Below are positions 1 through 8,509 of a stretch of DNA of 28,052 bases, in pieces. The position numbers and the translations under genes are program-made. The stretch covers positions 1 to 28,052 of the IMG/VR virus record IMGVR_UViG_3300032281_001290. One strand, given 5' to 3'. Numbering within the stretch: the stretch's first letter is position 1; each line of letters begins with the position of its first letter. The notes under the pieces are model-generated. The model had not been told where the DNA came from, did not search any database, and was given only the letters and a program-made list of their open reading frames with translations. The stretch comes from a virus (Duplodnaviria > Caudoviricetes).

Positions 1-1014
1 GTTTGGGGTAGAACTAACACGGTCTCCTGCATCGATAATAACTCCGTCGGGTCTGGTTATCAATAATCGATTAAGATCATTAACAGCATAAGAGTATTGA
101 TGATTAACCCAAACAAATGGATCTTCTAAACTATTGGGAGATTTAATCTCACGAATTGCCAATGGCGGCAACGCTTCACTTAGTCCGTATATATCATAAA
201 AGTGTTCACATTCGCATTCAACGAATATCTTATTTGATAATATTCCTTTGAGTTTTTCTCCTCCGGTGGTAATCATCCTAATTTTTTTAGGTAATCTAAA
301 TCTATTCTCCATGATAGAAAAATATTGTATATGCGTGGCCTTATCAATTTCTAAATCCCAGGTTTGGTTACTACCTATACTAAAAGTTTTTACTGTAAAT
401 AATGCAGGAAGAATGGCAGTGGTGTGGACCCCTCGATGATTCATGTCATGATAAAAAAGGCAATAGTCATCTGCCTCAAAGAACAAATCAATAGCTGTTT
501 GTATACTGGTAGCTTCACATGCGGCAGGCATCGACGAAATTTTAGGTTCACCGGTTGAGCCAGAAGTCTGACATGAAACTTTGTGGTGATCAGTGAATGG
601 GATTTCTAATTCAGTTCTGCCGTGCCATTTTCCGATAGCACATCCATGTTCCCAGCTATCTGTGCGTACAAAGTGCCCAGGCATAGTTAAATACCTTGGA
701 TCATGTGTGGTGTCACCAGCAATAAATATAGCACATAATCCCAATTCAGTCAAAAAATCTCGTCTAGGATCTTTTTTTAATGCCTTATCTAATCCAGATA
801 GCTGTATAAAATTCTTTTGACTTTTATACAAAGCCAACAATAATGCAATAGAACTAAAACTTATTTGAGAATAAACTATAGCAACTGGAGCCGAGTACCC
901 AATACGGACAATGTAATTCTGCCAATAACTAACAGCCTGGCTAAGATCGTCGTATGTATATTCTTTGAAGTTAGATTTTATTGTTATATCAGATCTAATT
1001 TTAAAACTTATCAT
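1..1014 (-). CDS. ANL-superfamily adenylate-forming (AMP-binding) enzyme, 3'-truncated by window edge
   Basis: Not in the ORF track. Hand translation from ATG at 1014 stays open to base 1 (MISFKIRSD...RVSSTPN, 338 codons). Contains P-loop TSGSTGEPK, TTGGEKL, YGLSE and DAGD, matching ANL core motifs. Confidence 0.85.
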   Translation of the reverse strand, partial: MISFKIRSDITIKSNFKEYTYDDLSQAVSYWQNYIVRIGYSAPVAIVYSQISFSSIALLLALYKSQKNFIQLSGLDKALKKDPRRDFLTELGLCAIFIAGDTTHDPRYLTMPGHFVRTDSWEHGCAIGKWHGRTELEIPFTDHHKVSCQTSGSTGEPKISSMPAACEATSIQTAIDLFFEADDYCLFYHDMNHRGVHTTAILPALFTVKTFSIGSNQTWDLEIDKATHIQYFSIMENRFRLPKKIRMITTGGEKLKGILSNKIFVECECEHFYDIYGLSEALPPLAIREIKSPNSLEDPFVWVNHQYSYAVNDLNRLLITRPDGVIIDAGDRVSSTPN

Positions 1015-1198
1015 GTCTACGCTTTGCTAATTTTGAAAGTGCATGTGTTTTACGTTCACTATATCCTACAAAAATGTCAGGAAATATTGCATGTATGACG
1101 CTGGCAGATCCTGCTAATAATAGCACGATACCAGCACCAAAGGCAAATTTAAAATGGCTACTGTACGATTTTTTTTTATCTCGTAGATGTTTTGACAT
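1001..1198 (-). CDS. Small membrane-associated protein, DUF6356-like
   Basis: Pattern H...SY..H..FA......L..AG....IHA.FP.IF resembles DUF6356; one hydrophobic segment. Confidence 0.55.
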   Translation of the reverse strand: MSKHLRDKKKSYSSHFKFAFGAGIVLLLAGSASVIHAIFPDIFVGYSERKTHALSKLAKRRHDKF

Positions 1199-1204
1199 CA
1201 GTGC

Positions 1205-1456
1205 TTAATCTTTTTTGTTAATCCAGTTAGGATTCCACATATCTGCATAGGGATCTGGAGTTTGTTCATCTTCTTTACGCTGTTGTTCAAACCGCTTGCG
1301 GATAACTTCAAAACGTTGTTCTCGTGGAATACGATAAACAGGTCTGGGCTGATTGGTTTGCTTAACTATAGCAGGTGGTGGTTCTTCTGCCTGTGCAGAT
1401 GAAATCATTCCATCTACTTGGTGCATACCAAACAGTGCGCCTATATATTCAAACAT
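1205..1456 (-). CDS. Hypothetical protein
   Basis: 83-aa ORF in the minus-strand array, directly downstream of a sigma70-type promoter. Confidence 0.65.
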   Translation of the reverse strand: MFEYIGALFGMHQVDGMISSAQAEEPPPAIVKQTNQPRPVYRIPREQRFEVIRKRFEQQRKEDEQTPDPYADMWNPNWINKKD

Positions 1457-1463
1457 ATATAAT

Positions 1464-1492
1464 AGTGTAGCATCATTGATCTAAATTGTCAA
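1464..1492 (-). promoter_or_regulatory. Sigma70-type promoter, probably leaderless or near-leaderless
   Basis: TTGACA (1492-1487), 17 nt spacer, TACACT (1469-1464) with an extended TG; 7 nt separate it from the ATG at 1456; no SD. Confidence 0.7.
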
Positions 1493-1868
1493 GATATTGT
1501 TGTAGGTTTGATCCGTGCAAGGCTAACATGATACTGTCTTGTTCACTGAATACATAGATACTATTATGGGTAGGTATATAGTATGGACTGGCAAAATGTT
1601 TTTCTAATTGGATATAAGCACGAGTAACCAAAGATGCAGGTAGTTTAAAGTGCCAATTTTTAATCTCTGGGTTTTTGTTCAGCATGTTAAACGCTGGCCG
1701 GGTCAACCTTAGACTATCTGGATTAACAGGATTATGCCACCAGCTGGCTGGATTATCATAACGCTGATAGCGAAGCCCAAGTTTTGGATCTGAAGTAAAA
1801 GGATTTAGAGTATGTTCTTGGAACTTAGCCTGCCATATATTCTGCAATGATTCAGCAGTGCGTGCCAT
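1473..1868 (-). CDS. Hypothetical phage protein
   Basis: 131-aa ORF tightly packed with its neighbours; no recognised motif. Confidence 0.7.
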   Translation of the reverse strand: MARTAESLQNIWQAKFQEHTLNPFTSDPKLGLRYQRYDNPASWWHNPVNPDSLRLTRPAFNMLNKNPEIKNWHFKLPASLVTRAYIQLEKHFASPYYIPTHNSIYVFSEQDSIMLALHGSNLQQYLDNLDQ

Positions 1869-1870
1869 GA

Positions 1871-2158
1871 TTAAGGGTAGATCTGATCACCAGCTTTGAG
1901 CAATACCACACTAAATTTGTCAGTTTTAAACAAATTGTTCAATTTCTTAGCCAAATTGATAGCATGTCCCGGATTGCTAAATGATACTTTCTTATATTTA
2001 GGTCCTGGATAAGCCACCAGGATATTCTGAGTCTTAAGATTAATAGGCTGTTTATCATAAAAAACCGCCCAAATACCTTCAGAATTTAAGATCTGATCAC
2101 TTTTATAATTTGCTTTATTTACGTGTTCTAATAGAACCGTTGGTTTTGGTCTTGACAT
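1871..2158 (-). CDS. Hypothetical phage protein (MSRPKP... type)
   Basis: 95-aa basic ORF with GGAG SD and a CATAAATA box upstream. Confidence 0.75.
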   Translation of the reverse strand: MSRPKPTVLLEHVNKANYKSDQILNSEGIWAVFYDKQPINLKTQNILVAYPGPKYKKVSFSNPGHAINLAKKLNNLFKTDKFSVVLLKAGDQIYP

Positions 2159-2178
2159 AGTATATCGTTCTCCATATA

Positions 2179-2186
2179 TATTTATG
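2179..2186 (-). promoter_or_regulatory. Possible phage late-promoter box CATAAATA
   Basis: Intergenic, upstream of an SD; one mismatch from the T4 late consensus TATAAATA; shares the TAAATA core with three other upstream regions. Confidence 0.4.
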
Positions 2187-2190
2187 CCAA

Positions 2191-3081
2191 TTAACTGCGT
2201 AGATTATCAGAAATTTCACTAAGCCAACGGTCAATAATACTATTGTTGATATCGTGATTTGCTAATACCCTGGCTGTTATTTCTGCTGTTTCTTTAGTGG
2301 TTGCTGATCTGTGATGTTTCCAAAATTTCCTATCTGCATGCAGATCAAAATCTGCTTCTTGCCTTAATGCTTCGTTGACATCTGGATATTTAAATATTCC
2401 ACCAATTGGCATCCAATATCCGTAGGGTCCGTTGATTGGAACAAACTCAACGATCTTATTAGGATCCAATAGAGTATAGGCATAATAAACGCACCATTCC
2501 ACTCCGGTAGGGAATCTACACCATTCTTGAAAATTTTCACCAAATTCTTTTAATAACCTATTCCAAATACGTTTAGTTTGTTCTCGATTAAACACATAAG
2601 GAGTTAATATCAATGGTAACGGAGCATCAAGATAATCTATACCTATATCATCACAGAATTCTCGATAAAATTCACTAAAAGTTCTATTTTGAGAGTCTCT
2701 AAATCTGGTAATTTTGTATTGATCACCTACTTTAAAATCAGACATACTACAAGGTTTCAATAGAAAATCCTTAGAGTCGATAGCTATAGAATCTTCAAAT
2801 CTATCATCCATGGCCATGGTAAAATTATATAATTGTGCTTCTTCGTAACCAACCATAGATGTTTGAAATTGTGGGACATACTCAACGGTCCAACCGTTGA
2901 GGATTTCTTCAGCCATTGGTTTCACCAAATTAATAATATCTGAGTCGGGTTGATCCCAATTTTTAGTACAGGCTATAGATATATGACGTTCACCTTGCCA
3001 ATTCTTATTTAGGCAATGTAACATCACTCTAAATTGTGGGAGATCACCTCTATAGGTTCGAGTGGTAATTTTTTCGGGCAT
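2191..3081 (-). CDS. Putative GT-A-like glycosyltransferase (DUF6492-like)
   Basis: GYEEAQLYNF...SIAIDSKDFLLKP resembles the DUF6492 'LDSKNFFI.P' segment; also TPYVF and EW..YY.Y. Confidence 0.45.
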   Translation of the reverse strand: MPEKITTRTYRGDLPQFRVMLHCLNKNWQGERHISIACTKNWDQPDSDIINLVKPMAEEILNGWTVEYVPQFQTSMVGYEEAQLYNFTMAMDDRFEDSIAIDSKDFLLKPCSMSDFKVGDQYKITRFRDSQNRTFSEFYREFCDDIGIDYLDAPLPLILTPYVFNREQTKRIWNRLLKEFGENFQEWCRFPTGVEWCVYYAYTLLDPNKIVEFVPINGPYGYWMPIGGIFKYPDVNEALRQEADFDLHADRKFWKHHRSATTKETAEITARVLANHDINNSIIDRWLSEISDNLRS

Positions 3082-3084
3082 CGA

Positions 3085-3306
3085 TCAAAACCCACCGCCA
3101 TCCATCTCAATATTTACAACATCTGCAGATTCTTGTTCTTTCTTAATTTCAGTGAGATCATTAATTTTGTTTAATAGATCAAAGAGATCTGATTGTAGTT
3201 GACGTGCTTCGGCCGCCGAAAGAGTTAGCTCTTTACCATTGGTTTGATTCATTACTTTAATACGATCATTAAAGTTCTTCAGATGCAGGCTTAATTGATG
3301 TTCCAT
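3085..3306 (-). CDS. Hypothetical coiled-coil protein
   Basis: ORF ending MDGGGF; start moved to ATG 3306, which has a GGAG SD (track start 3324). Confidence 0.7.
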   Translation of the reverse strand: MEHQLSLHLKNFNDRIKVMNQTNGKELTLSAAEARQLQSDLFDLLNKINDLTEIKKEQESADVVNIEMDGGGF

Positions 3307-3775
3307 ATAGTGCTCCGTTAGCAATTCTTAATCGTTCTTGCATTTCCTCGATGGTATCATACGGACCAGCATAAGGATAGCGATTAAGTGTAATTAGTTT
3401 AGGACAGTATGATTTGACCCAACCATTATTGAATTTGACAATATAGTATCCGGCACAGAAGAAACTTTTACTTTTAGTGCCTTTAGTAAAGATAGGCAAT
3501 TTGTGCTTGACGTCCCATAGGATATTATTAGCTTTATGTTCGCAGGGATATCCATATACCTTATTACTTTCTGTAATAACTCGTTTAGGTGGTGTCTTGT
3601 CTACAACAATATTATATTTGTCACTACATAATTTTAGGCTGGCAAATTGTTCTTTCTTGTGATCATAAGAATAAACCACACCTAATGGATTAGTCATGAT
3701 CGTACCAACCTGGTGACCATTGTCTTCAACGATCCAACATTTATTTTTAACGATTGCTTTAGCTAAGAGTGACAT
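3269..3775 (-). CDS. Hypothetical phage protein
   Basis: 168-aa ORF with AGGA SD; no recognised motif. Confidence 0.75.
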   Translation of the reverse strand: MSLLAKAIVKNKCWIVEDNGHQVGTIMTNPLGVVYSYDHKKEQFASLKLCSDKYNIVVDKTPPKRVITESNKVYGYPCEHKANNILWDVKHKLPIFTKGTKSKSFFCAGYYIVKFNNGWVKSYCPKLITLNRYPYAGPYDTIEEMQERLRIANGALYGTSIKPASEEL

Positions 3776-3788
3776 AATTTAGTTTCCT

Positions 3789-4922
3789 TTATTTATTTTG
3801 CAAATATTCAGTTATTTCATCGCTAACTGCTGTAGTTTTAAGTTTTGTTAGAGTTAAAAAATTATGTTCAACTACAGTACGAATCTTTTCTAAAATTGTA
3901 TGTTGGTCCTGTTGTGCTAAGGCAACTGCTTGATCAACAGCCATCTTCCATCTAAGTTCATTATTTGGTTCATTATCATAACTTTCGTCGATGATTCCTT
4001 CAAATGTTTTGAACCCTTGTTCTCTAAGGCCTTTAAGATAATATTGACCCGATACAACAATAAACAGTCTTTTAGCAATGATTGGTTTTACTATTTTTTC
4101 TGAATAAAAACTAAAATTATTAGAAAAATCTGTTTCGCAGATTAAACTATATGCAGACCTTGTGAATATCTTAAACGGAATAACTTGTGATATATTCATT
4201 TGTTGACCGTAATAATAACATTTCTGACAAGAGAAATATTTGTCTAAGTAATATTTTTTGTCTCGTTGATTTTCTTGATCTATGTTATCGTTAAGAAGTT
4301 CTATTTCATCTTCCCAAAAAATACTATCATTTATCTGTGATTGTGATACATATTGATGATCATCAAAAAAATTAGATTCTAAAAAATAATTTGAATCTCG
4401 ATAATCCTCTAACAATTTTTTAACAAAAACACGATGTTCTCTTTTCTGCCCATATAGAATATCAAAACTAAATTCTTTAATGCTATATGGATTAAGTTTC
4501 TGTTCTATTAACAATTTTAATTTTTCTAAGTATGGATAAGCTGTAGAATAAAACCAAGATAGATCTGATCTGATAGTTGCATATTTTGTAGTGTATGCGT
4601 GTATATTACCATTAACCAAAAAAACAACGTTAGGAGCATCATATCGTTTTAATAGATCTGTCATATTATTACAGTTTATAGCATGTGCCGACGAATCATG
4701 CAATTCTGTAATTTTAATAATTAATAATTGACTTTTAACTAATAGATCTAATTCTTCTTTCATGTATGGAAAAATAATTAGGTTAACGTAGGCTATTTTT
4801 ATGGATGAAGTACAATCTATAAATTCCTGTAGTTGACTAACATTGTATTTCCTAATATCACTTTTAAAAAATTCTAAAGTTATATCGCTACTGTGATAGA
4901 GAGAAATTTCTTGATTACTCAT
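3789..4922 (-). CDS. Putative glycosyltransferase-like protein (ET...SEK..KP...LR..GF..F...DESYD domain)
   Basis: C-terminal CETDF..F.SEKIVKPI...LREQGFKTF...IDESYD is reminiscent of GT-B nucleotide-sugar-binding motifs (GT10-type 'TEK'). Start 4922 gives an ATGA overlap; AT-rich. Confidence 0.5.
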   Translation of the reverse strand: MSNQEISLYHSSDITLEFFKSDIRKYNVSQLQEFIDCTSSIKIAYVNLIIFPYMKEELDLLVKSQLLIIKITELHDSSAHAINCNNMTDLLKRYDAPNVVFLVNGNIHAYTTKYATIRSDLSWFYSTAYPYLEKLKLLIEQKLNPYSIKEFSFDILYGQKREHRVFVKKLLEDYRDSNYFLESNFFDDHQYVSQSQINDSIFWEDEIELLNDNIDQENQRDKKYYLDKYFSCQKCYYYGQQMNISQVIPFKIFTRSAYSLICETDFSNNFSFYSEKIVKPIIAKRLFIVVSGQYYLKGLREQGFKTFEGIIDESYDNEPNNELRWKMAVDQAVALAQQDQHTILEKIRTVVEHNFLTLTKLKTTAVSDEITEYLQNK

Positions 4923-5284
4923 AATAAAACACAAGTAATAATTCCTACGTAGGTTAGATAGTGTAGAGCTTGATCCGCGCCAAGCCAAATCCAGAACTGA
5001 CGATCAGTGTAGGTATAGCCGCGGTTTAATTTTTGTTTGACCCAATCAATGTGATAATGTGCGACGAAATCAACTAAAGGTAATATCAATAGTTGATCAG
5101 CGCCGGCGACGAAAGGTACTAAGATTAGGAATGTTAAACAGGCATGGACTCCTGCGTGATGAACCCCACCTGTAGCACCATAGATACCTTTTTCTCTCAG
5201 CATGTAGTCATACTGCATCAAGAAGTCAGCGACGAAATGCTTGATGCCAAACAAGGCTAATAATATAAAAACTGTTGCTGTCAT
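4919..5284 (-). CDS. DUF3307 family membrane protein
   Basis: HFVADFLMQ, H..VH, HYHID..K and DQALH motifs on hydrophobic helices. Confidence 0.8.
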   Translation of the reverse strand: MTATVFILLALFGIKHFVADFLMQYDYMLREKGIYGATGGVHHAGVHACLTFLILVPFVAGADQLLILPLVDFVAHYHIDWVKQKLNRGYTYTDRQFWIWLGADQALHYLTYVGIITCVLL

Positions 5285-5379
5285 TTAAGTCCAATCTCTC
5301 TTACGATATAATACAGCATGAATGAACACGCTATCATGATGACAAATGCTATGGTTGCTATTATATCTTCTTTTTTCAT
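5281..5379 (-). CDS. 32-aa single-pass membrane peptide (below ORF-track cutoff)
   Basis: MKKEDIIATIAFVIMIACSFMLYYIVREIGLK; starts in a TAATG overlap with the queD stop and ends in an ATGA overlap with the DUF3307 start. Confidence 0.7.
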   Translation of the reverse strand: MKKEDIIATIAFVIMIACSFMLYYIVREIGLK

Positions 5380-5927
5380 TACTTATAAAATACACTACGG
5401 CTCTTAGGAGTTTCCCACCAGTCAATGTGATCAACAGTTACGTTTAACGGTTTCATTTTAATGTCGACCAATTCCGCCATCCAACTACTTAGATTCTCTG
5501 ATGTTGGAACAAAGTTCACAACCATAAATCCTTCGTAATATTCATACTCTGGTGTGTTAGGATCTAAGTCTGATAAGTCTAGATGCCATCCTGCTACATG
5601 AGTAGTGCCTGGAACAAGTATTGGATAACGAACACGATCACCAACAATTTGTCTATATAACGGATCATTTAAATCAATGACAAACTGATGATCAATATAA
5701 GTGTTAATCCATTTCTTTAACCATTCAAGATGGCGGAAGTCAGTGACCATACCAGTTGGATCTAATTCGCCAGTCGGGCTCTTTAGATATACCTGCATCT
5801 TACCTTCATGTCCATGTAGGTGACGGCAAGCACACTTTAAGTCTGCCGCATATTCACCATTCAGTTTCTGTGTCCAAACTCTGTGTCCATAACAGAATTC
5901 AAATGTTTTATCAATTATATGTGCCAT
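5379..5927 (-). CDS. queD: 6-carboxy-5,6,7,8-tetrahydropterin synthase (PTPS/QueD)
   Basis: GHR, CRHLHGH (C-x3-HGH), GMVTDF, DH, PTSENL and WETP motifs. Confidence 0.9.
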   Translation of the reverse strand: MAHIIDKTFEFCYGHRVWTQKLNGEYAADLKCACRHLHGHEGKMQVYLKSPTGELDPTGMVTDFRHLEWLKKWINTYIDHQFVIDLNDPLYRQIVGDRVRYPILVPGTTHVAGWHLDLSDLDPNTPEYEYYEGFMVVNFVPTSENLSSWMAELVDIKMKPLNVTVDHIDWWETPKSRSVFYK

Positions 5928-5950
5928 AAGTTTTCCTATTCTTAATTACT

Positions 5951-5979
5951 ATTATATTTAGATTTTTGGTTAAAGTCAA
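5951..5979 (-). promoter_or_regulatory. Sigma70-type promoter with overlapping CTAAATA
   Basis: TTGACT (5979-5974), 17 nt spacer, TATAAT (5956-5951), upstream of queD with AGGA SD. Confidence 0.75.
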
Positions 5980-5984
5980 ATAAT

Positions 5985-6872
5985 TTACCATCTTTTAGCA
6001 GTAAATTGTTCAGCGTTCCATAAATTATCATAATGTTGATGAAATACTATTTTCTGAGTAATTTCGTTAACCCAAGATCTGGTTAAATCACCGACGGTAA
6101 ATTCGGGTAAAACTAAATCTAAATATTCCAAATGCTCTATAGGTAACGGATGCAGATCCTTTTTAAAAGATTTTGTACTAAAAAAATTTTTAATTTCTTC
6201 TAAAATAGATCTTGGCGTATTAGAAAAATTTTTAGATTTATAATTTTCGTATGAAGGCCAATCACTACCTGCTACATTGTTGTATATTTTTTTATAATCA
6301 AGTTGATATTCAGTATTTTCAACAAAAAGGTCCCTACTCAGCCAATCAAATTTGAATACAGTTTCAAATACGCTCGGACGAATACTCTCAATAGTTTCCT
6401 TGTATGCATCGAGTATTTCTGTTACACCTTTAATAGGTGATATATTGTATTGATCTGAGTTATCAACTGGTACCATAGATGTAAAAATATAAGGAACACT
6501 GTATTGTTCTAACATTTTCTTAGCGGCATGTATCAACGCAAGATCTCTTAATAGATATCCTTTTTCGTCGGCATATTTTTTAATAAATTCTTCGCTGTAT
6601 TCGACCTGAGTAAAAATATTGCCTGAAGTTATCCAACGATCATTTACATATCTATCTTCTCTTGACACATTGGTCCACATGATGATAATTTGATCATTGT
6701 TGGTTAACTTATTTTTTACTAAACATTCTATCAGTGAGTTAAAAATAAATTGATTACCTGCTCCTCCTTGACCCCAGTTCTCATAATAGTCAAATTCACG
6801 GCCTAATATATCTGCCCAAGTAGGCCAATTATATTGAGTGAAACTACAACCAAATGTATATAATCGTTTCAT
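5985..6872 (-). CDS. SGNH/GDSL-like protein, paralog A
   Basis: FGCSFT (block I-like), NWGQGGAGN and C-terminal DLHP; paralogous to 11968..12852. Confidence 0.55.
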   Translation of the reverse strand: MKRLYTFGCSFTQYNWPTWADILGREFDYYENWGQGGAGNQFIFNSLIECLVKNKLTNNDQIIIMWTNVSREDRYVNDRWITSGNIFTQVEYSEEFIKKYADEKGYLLRDLALIHAAKKMLEQYSVPYIFTSMVPVDNSDQYNISPIKGVTEILDAYKETIESIRPSVFETVFKFDWLSRDLFVENTEYQLDYKKIYNNVAGSDWPSYENYKSKNFSNTPRSILEEIKNFFSTKSFKKDLHPLPIEHLEYLDLVLPEFTVGDLTRSWVNEITQKIVFHQHYDNLWNAEQFTAKRW

Positions 6873-6883
6873 ATAATATGTCT

Positions 6884-7891
6884 TTACGTTAAATTTTTAA
6901 TACCAAAATAAAGTTCTAATAGTTTTTTGTCTAACCATTCATTTAGCAAATAATTAAAATTTGCGTTAGTCCGTAAAGAAATATCATGACTAAAGTTAGT
7001 TAAAATTTTATGATTTGATTCTATTCCTTGAGTAATTCTTAATTGAGGATCAGTTATGTTGTCGTAAGAATGATCAACATAATCATCAAATAAATCAAAG
7101 CCTTCCAGCCTGAGGTTTTCGATACAGTGATATTGGGCAAAAACAATTGGTACCCGTTTAGTAAAAAAAGACAAAAAAGTTTTTTCTGTTGGAAAAAACT
7201 CTAACATTTTAGTTTCAACTGAAATATTAATAGGAGCCAATATATTCTCGTTTATATAGTAATAATTGGCTACATTACTGCTATAATCGATTCCCTGTAG
7301 TATATGGTTGTGTCGCTCAAATCCAATTTGATGGTTGATATAATGCTTCATGTCTGGAGATGGTTGTAATCCAGTAATTTCCATTGGCGTCACAGTATTA
7401 TCAGTGTAACTAAATCCATGATAAGTTACGTATCCAAATTTAATAAGATCAAGTCTTAATAATTCATTGATAACCTGCTCTCTAACAAAATTTTTTCGTC
7501 GATTTAAACAAAAATAAGAATATTCATAATATGTTAAGTTTGAAATTACTTTGTTTATTTTTTGTAGTTTTTTGACAGCAATAGCATCATCTACTATATG
7601 CCAGTATGGGTAATATAAACAAGAGTAACCATGACTAGACAATTTATCATAAACTTCTTTTATTTTACATATAAGAATAATCTTTTTATCTAAAAAATAT
7701 TCTGAAGATTCAATGAAAAAATGGTAACTACTTACATCTTCATCGTCAAGATATATAATACAGTTATCAGTAATATCAGATATATTTTTAAATCCACCAT
7801 AAAAATCTAAAAAAAGATATTTGGGAAAATTGTCTTTTAAAAATCCTGTTAACCAAGATTTATTGTGACTACTAAAATTTAAATTATACAT
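6884..7891 (-). CDS. Putative glycosyltransferase-like protein (TEKT...GF..F...DHSYD domain)
   Basis: CLNRR...R and VET....PTEKT...LRLEGFDLFDDYVDHSYD; same C-terminal domain as 3789..4922; very AT-rich. Confidence 0.5.
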   Translation of the reverse strand: MYNLNFSSHNKSWLTGFLKDNFPKYLFLDFYGGFKNISDITDNCIIYLDDEDVSSYHFFIESSEYFLDKKIILICKIKEVYDKLSSHGYSCLYYPYWHIVDDAIAVKKLQKINKVISNLTYYEYSYFCLNRRKNFVREQVINELLRLDLIKFGYVTYHGFSYTDNTVTPMEITGLQPSPDMKHYINHQIGFERHNHILQGIDYSSNVANYYYINENILAPINISVETKMLEFFPTEKTFLSFFTKRVPIVFAQYHCIENLRLEGFDLFDDYVDHSYDNITDPQLRITQGIESNHKILTNFSHDISLRTNANFNYLLNEWLDKKLLELYFGIKNLT

Positions 7892-7927
7892 AATCTATTA
7901 TTCAGACTGTGATCTCTTCAAATACCA

Positions 7928-8509
7928 TTATATGTTCTTTGCTGAATCTAATATACTTTCTAATTTGGCTTGACGTTCTAACAAGTTAAAAAACAATGCC
8001 AGGGTATTGGCCGCATCTACATCCGCACGGTGCGCCTGACCTTTAAAATGCAATTTGAAGTAGCCCATAGCTGAACTCAATCCGCCACTGGGTGCTTTAC
8101 CACGGGTCAGCATCAAGTATGTGTACCAGGTCTTAACATCGATCCAACGACGGCCAAAATGCGGAAAATCCACATGATTTTTACAGAATTCTGCCAATAA
8201 TTCCACACTATCACCACCGCCCCAAGTCACTGGGTTAACAAAGACCTTATGCTCACGTATTAGTTCACTAAGCTCACGGGCAACATGTTCATGGCTGTAT
8301 GCTTCTGCACGTATGTCACTGTCAGTTATGCCTGTTAGATCATTGATAAACTCACTTATGGGTTCTTGTGGATCTATGTACCATTTACGGACAACATAGT
8401 CCTCGAAGCGTGTGTTCTTGTCACCTATAGCAATACCAACCTGTATGATTTTACCCGACGGTTGATTAAGCTCTAAGTCTAATGCTAGGAACTTACCATC
8501 TGCGATCAT
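7928..8509 (-). CDS. DEDDh 3'-5' exonuclease (DnaQ-like)
   Basis: ExoI DLE, LTGIT, ExoII WGGGD and ExoIII HRADVDA; start 8509 gives an ATGA overlap. Confidence 0.88.
   Translation of the reverse strand: MIADGKFLALDLELNQPSGKIIQVGIAIGDKNTRFEDYVVRKWYIDPQEPISEFINDLTGITDSDIRAEAYSHEHVARELSELIREHKVFVNPVTWGGGDSVELLAEFCKNHVDFPHFGRRWIDVKTWYTYLMLTRGKAPSGGLSSAMGYFKLHFKGQAHRADVDAANTLALFFNLLERQAKLESILDSAKNI

Noticed and set aside
1879-2100. 12-nt direct repeat AGATCTGATCAC at 1879 and 2089
   Set aside because: Both copies encode DQI in the same small gene; compatible with chance or codon reuse.
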